Shown: positions 51,042 to 56,359 of the stretch, one piece after another | Layout of the letters: each line of letters opens with the position of its first letter | How positions within the stretch are numbered: position 1 is the first letter of the stretch | NCBI RefSeq assembly: GCF_001194135.2 | Contig: NC_068982.1 | Span: 128,586,019 to 128,642,377, forward strand | Direction of reading: 5' to 3' | DNA length: 56,359 bases | Origin: Octopus bimaculoides | Lineage: Eukaryota | The notes under the pieces: generated by a model | Told to the model about the DNA's origin: nothing | Database searches by the model: none | Seen by the model: the letters and a program-made list of their open reading frames with translations, nothing else | Position numbers and translations under genes: made by a program

Positions 51042-51199
51042 TTAATATCGCACTACAGAATAGCAGGAATCATCGTGTTTATAGATGTAGTAGTAGTAGT
51101 CATTTGATGAAGATATATTCTGTGTCACAGTGACACTACTAGAAGAAATTTGGGTATCTTGGGTCCATTGGGCTGCATCAGCTCTCGCTGTTGTAAAGT
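51042..51199 (-). CDS. Probable terminal coding exon of the upstream FN3-containing transcript
   Basis: Pyrimidine-rich acceptor ...tctcttcacctgcag. A phase-1 join to the 55146 donor gives DFTTARADAAQWTQDTQISSSSVTVTQNISSSNDYYYYIYKHDDSCYSVVRY*. Minus-strand AATAAA at 50924-50929. Confidence 0.6.
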
Positions 51200-52599
51200 C
51201 TGCAGGTGAAGAGATACCACAGGCCATAAGTACAAAGAAAGCTATTTAGTTAGATTATGTTTAAAGTTTGATACCAAGGAGTGAATAATTAAATAAATAA
51301 TATAAATTTAGATATAAGCCAAACATATATAGATATTGAAAATTATTTTTAAATATCATTCTAATAGCATATTTAATAAATGCCTTTAATTCATGTTTCT
51401 ATTTATCAATTAAAATAAAGTTATGAATAATAAGAACGAATAAACTCTTTTTAATAAAGTTATGAATAAGAATGAATAAAATCTCATCAATTATTTACAG
51501 AAACATTAAATGTTTTGTCTTTAACAGAATACATAATTACAGAATTTAGAGAACATTATTTGACTCGAATTAAAGCATCCTCCTTGGGTTTTCTACATGT
51601 AGAAATACTATAATTTATATATAACTTTGGAAGTGTTAATAAGCAAGCAAAGTTAATAAGCAAGAAACATTAATAAGCATGCAAAATTATGCTAATTGTT
51701 TTCTTCATAGACAATATTAGTGTATGGCATGTTAATATGCTGTAAATATGATTATATATATATATATGTATATATATGTCATTGTTATTAATAAGAAGAA
51801 GAAGTGTGCTTCATTTTATATGTTAAAATATGAAATGTGCTGGTATGAATATGTCTTAGATGATAAGGGTGCAGTTTAATGATAACAAAATATCAATCTT
51901 GAAATATTACACATCAAATGAAAATAACTGAAAGTGAACCAAACATAAAACCAAACAGATTATGGCATAAATGATAATTAATATTCTACACTTGTTGACA
52001 GAACATGCAGAAATGACATCAAATAGGATAAAGTGCAGAATGTTGCAGACAGTCTTAGAAGTTAAAGGGATATTTCTTGATATCGTTCAGTTCTTGTTAA
52101 AAGTACATTTTTGGTAAGAATATGGAAATAGGATAATTCACACATCATAATATTATAAAAACCTTGATATCATTCAGAATCATTAAAAAAAATTGAAAAT
52201 AAGTATTTTAATAAAGAAAAAAGGAAAAGCTGGAAAATTTCAAACCATTACATTTACACACACAAATAAAACAACCTCAAAGAAGTTAGAAACAACAGCC
52301 AAATGGAATGTTATTTATGGTATTTCATAGTTTTACAACTGCTACTCCTACATCTGGTACACTTACAAACAAAAATTAAAATTAAATATAACATCTTACT
52401 ATGCTATTATCAAAAAAAATGTAAACTAGATTAAGGCAATAGATAAATGGAAGACTGGAAATGAGGCACTCCACTTTTATGACAATGATGTTTGTGTATA
52501 ACTATCCTTTGATGTCAAGACAGCCAACTTCATTCTCAAAAGTTGATATAAGAAATAGTATAAAAGCTTAGAAGCACACTGGGTATAAATTTTGTATTC

Positions 52600-53000
52600 T
52601 TTTTTGTAGTGTTGTTCCAGGGAAATTTGTCAGAAGCAATGTTGTTGCTCTAGACATCAGTAAAGCTTTTCTTTGTATTTGGCATGCAAATCATCATCAT
52701 CATCGTTTAACACCCGCTTTGCATGCTAGCATGGGTTGGACGATTTGATTGAGGACCGGCGAACAAGATGGCTGCACCAGGCTCCAATCTGATCTGGCAG
52801 AGTTTCTACAGCTGAATGCCTTTCCTAATGCCAACCACTCTGAGAGTGTAGTGAGTGTTTTTACATGCCACCGGCATGAGGGCCAATCTGGTGGTACTCT
52901 CCTGTCAAAACTGATGGCCTAGCTGCTTTTACTGCATTCATATTCTTAATTGCACTTTTGACTAGAAGCTGGTCACACTGTTGGGTCTTCTTGGGATAGT
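52600..53000 (+). mobile_element. LINE RT fragment interrupted by a reversed (CAT)n SINE
   Basis: VVALDISKAFLCIWHA at 52641; a SINE tail is inserted at about 52692-52898; LLSKL resumes afterwards. Confidence 0.65.
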
Positions 53001-55145
53001 TGCTATTTCCCCCATACACTCTCCACATTTAGCAACCAACTGTAGTAATATTTTCAAACCGCTTTCTTCTCAGCATCAATGAGGGAAAGCAGGTCACTGT
53101 GTCCTACACACACTTTCTCCCACTTTATCTTCTCTGCTCTCCCCTTTTTCTTAATCTTTTCTGTCTGTTCTCTTAGCATTATGGTTCTGTCCAATGTGCC
53201 ATTCCACTATTATGTCACCTTCCATCAAATTGGAACCTTGCTTCAACTACAGATCATATTTTTAGATTAGAGCAAGTTGTCATGAAGATACTGTCAAATG
53301 TCTTCTATGTTGTAGGGTTCTATCTCCACCAACTTAATATGCAAGCCACCTAGAACTTTCCTTAACTAACATTTAACAGAAGGGTCTTTCAATTTGGATA
53401 CCTTCTTTCTCTAAATTGGAACATATCTTTGAGTCCATTTAGCCATTAATCATTAGTCTTGTATAGCATGATATATTCCTCACCAGGAAAAGGGTTTGTA
53501 TACATTACAACCTGTCTATCCATTTCCTGGTGCCTCTATCTTGCCTGTGCATTCATCTGATTAGAGGTGATTATGTGGTGAGTCAGTTTCATGAAGTTAG
53601 TTTTGCAAGAAGTCAGGCCATTTCATCATCATCCTCAATTAATGTCTGTTGTCTATGATGACATAGGTTGGATGGTCTGACAAGAGTTGGCAAGTTGGAT
53701 AGCTGCACCAGACTCCAGTCTGATTTGGCATGGTTTCTAATTTCAGCCATTTTACAAAGTGTGCTGGGTGTTTTTATGTGGCACCACCACGAGTGTTTTT
53801 CACTACCAAAGCAGCTAGTCTTAACACTTCTGTTGGGTCTTCTTGAATACAGTATGGGTCTTCTTGAATACAGCAAAGCACCAGGCATCTTGGTACTTTG
53901 TCATCTCATCTGAAAGGTTCAGCATCCTGTTACATAGAATTCAAATAGCATTCATCCCCCTTCATTCATTGAACCATATCCATAGCTTCTATGTTTGCCT
54001 GAGTAGCTATCTTGATAAACCCAACATTCCTATAATTGTTGTCTCCAGCCATGATAATGAGGTCACTGTTATTTATTATAGAGTACCATAGAAATGGTAC
54101 TTTTGCATATTTGTTAGTCCTGGTAGAGGTAAATATGAAGAAATTATTATTGTTGTGTTGCAATGACTAATCTAAGCTTAACTATTCTGTTTCACACTCT
54201 GACTATTTTAAGTATTGTATCCATTTCTTGGCCATGCCTATTCCACCCACTTTAGTGCGGTTACCAACCCAGGAGCATTTGTATCTATGATCTTTGCATA
54301 TGAAGAGTCTGGTTGAGGTTCTTCTCCATCTTAAATATCACCTTACTTTTGATCAAGCATCTCCACAATTTCTCAAGTCCTACCTTTCATCTGCCAATAC
54401 TTGCAGCAAAATGATTGGCAAGAACTGTAATTCTTTTAACAATACTTTCTAATAACTGTCAGCCTACATGAGTAGGGGTAAAGGCAAGTTAAAATATTTT
54501 AAAAATTTGGCTCAATTTTACAAACTAATTCATGTTTTAATTTAAATTTTCACAAACCATTTTCTCTGAGAAATCATTCCAGTCTTTATAAGGAATTAAT
54601 ATGAGATGGTTGAAGGAAATTACACGAAAAAATGTAACGCTTCAAAATACAGAAGACTCTGAAAATAGCAATTCAGAAGTTTAGATGTACTAAAATTTTC
54701 ACAAATAGATTTTTCTATCTTATATTAATGATTTTGTATACTATATAACACTGACACTCAGATTTAGTGATAGAGTAAGACCAGTGCACACTGCTCCATA
54801 TAAAGGAAGCAGCAAAAATTGTAAAATACAGGACTAAATACCATTCCTTAATTCTATGACTTTATATTTTCAAGTTGAAATCCTACCATACACAATGCAC
54901 ATTTCATGTCTCTAAGGTCAATAAGTAAGTATTCAGAACATGCTAGCCTTCGTCTAATATGCTCTACTCTAATATTTGTATTCTGGAGATAACAAAACCA
55001 AAATAGTTAGTGTAAAATTACAGTGAGAGATATTATAATTTAGGATGTATTCAGAAAAAACTATGAAATACCAAATAACAGCAACATATCTCTTTTAGAA
55101 GCATATAATGAAAACGTATTTCTTACCAAATATAATGGTACTCAC

Positions 55146-55451
55146 CAAAAAGTCTACTGGGTTCAACTGGAACATCAGACTCTAGGGGTATACCCCTTCC
55201 AAATTGGTTTTCAGCAGTCACACGGAAAAAGTAATAACAATCTTCAATCAATGACAAAATACAAAGGGTGGTTGTCTCAGAATCGGTACGTCCTAAAAAT
55301 GTCCAATCGTCGGAGGAAATTTCTTTTGTTTCAATAATATATCCAGTTATGGGAGAACTGCCAACATTCTCAGGGGTCTCCCACTGGAAAGTCGCATTAT
55401 CTCTAGTGATGCTTGAGATCCTCAAAGGCCCTCGTGGCCTTGTTGGATAAT
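55146..55451 (-). CDS. FN3-domain exon of a titin/twitchin-like (Ig/FN3) muscle protein
   Basis: Acceptor ttctcatttcttcag, donor GTGAGT, 306 nt, phase 1-1. Translates DYPTRPRGPLRISSITRDNATFQWETPENVGSSPITGYIIE...YFFRVTAENQFGRGIPLESDVPVEPSRLF, with the FN3 W, GYIIE and FRVxAEN motifs. Confidence 0.93.
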
Positions 55452-55684
55452 CTGAAGAAATGAGAAGTAAAAGTATTAGAACAATATATACTATGTACAA
55501 ATGAAACACAAATTAAAACAGCTATTCATCATTAAAAGAAAAGTAACAAAGGTATGTATATTAAAAAGAAAATATATTACATATTACAAAGGCAAAAAAG
55601 TATGATGTGAATCTTTTAAAAAAGCACAATAAATAAATAAAAATCTTTTGTTTTCCACAATTGTTACTTTAAAATTATCATTAT

Positions 55685-55740
<56 letters not shown>

Positions 55741-56359
55741 CCTTGTGTACAGAAAGAAGACTTTACATTAGAAAGCATAATTATTACATAAAATTTAATA
55801 AGATATTTTGATAGATTTTACATTTGTTCAAGATAAATATGCACCACCACCCCACATCCACACACATCCACAAACACTCACTCACTTACACAGATACACC
55901 ATCATCATCATCATTTTTTCCATGCTGGCATGGATTGGACAAGACTTTCTCAGGGAACATTCTATGGCTAGATGTCTTTACATTCACATAAGGTACTTCA
56001 TTTGACTGATCTGCACATGTCAAGCTGATTAGCTATAAAACATATTGATTACGCAGGACATAAGCAAATGTCACTGCTCCCCAGTATTGTCTACTTAATG
56101 ACATGTGGACATATGCACACATGATGATTTCTGTGCAGTCTTCATCTAGCAAATTTCACTCACAAGGCATTGATCAACAAGAGGCTATAGCAGAAGACAC
56201 TTGCCAAAGGTGCCACACAATGGGATTGAACATGGAACTATGTGGTTGGAAAGTGAAGTTTTTAACTACACATTTATACTTCTGCATTTAGACACACATA
56301 CAGGCCATTTTAATTCAATCCTGTTTCAATTGCGTATGCCAAGTTTATATATACATATT

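Overview
AT-rich animal genomic DNA with N-gaps, dense microsatellites and SINE/LINE/Tc1-mariner relics. The repeat families look like those of an octopus, which is my inference from their appearance. The main content is on the minus strand. I reconstructed 16 GT-AG exons by hand (33657 down to 5940, 2662 nt, about 887 codons); every junction is phase-compatible. They encode FN3-FN3-Ig-Ig-FN3-Ser/Thr kinase-regulatory tail-Ig(half), the kinase-end architecture of twitchin/projectin/titin, with all catalytic motifs intact. Upstream, a further FN3 exon (55146-55451) joins in frame to a stop-containing exon (51042-51199) followed by AATAAA. That is either the end of a separate titin-like gene or an alternative 3' end of one larger locus. 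The 5' start and the 3' end of the kinase gene are not resolved. Points worth a second look: closely spaced candidate alternative exons after the kinase, long intronic inverted repeats, a perfect 39-bp hairpin, hammerhead-ribozyme-like relics, and two promoter-like patches. No prokaryotic-type system (CRISPR, operon) is present. Exon coordinates were read base by base; repeat boundaries are approximate.
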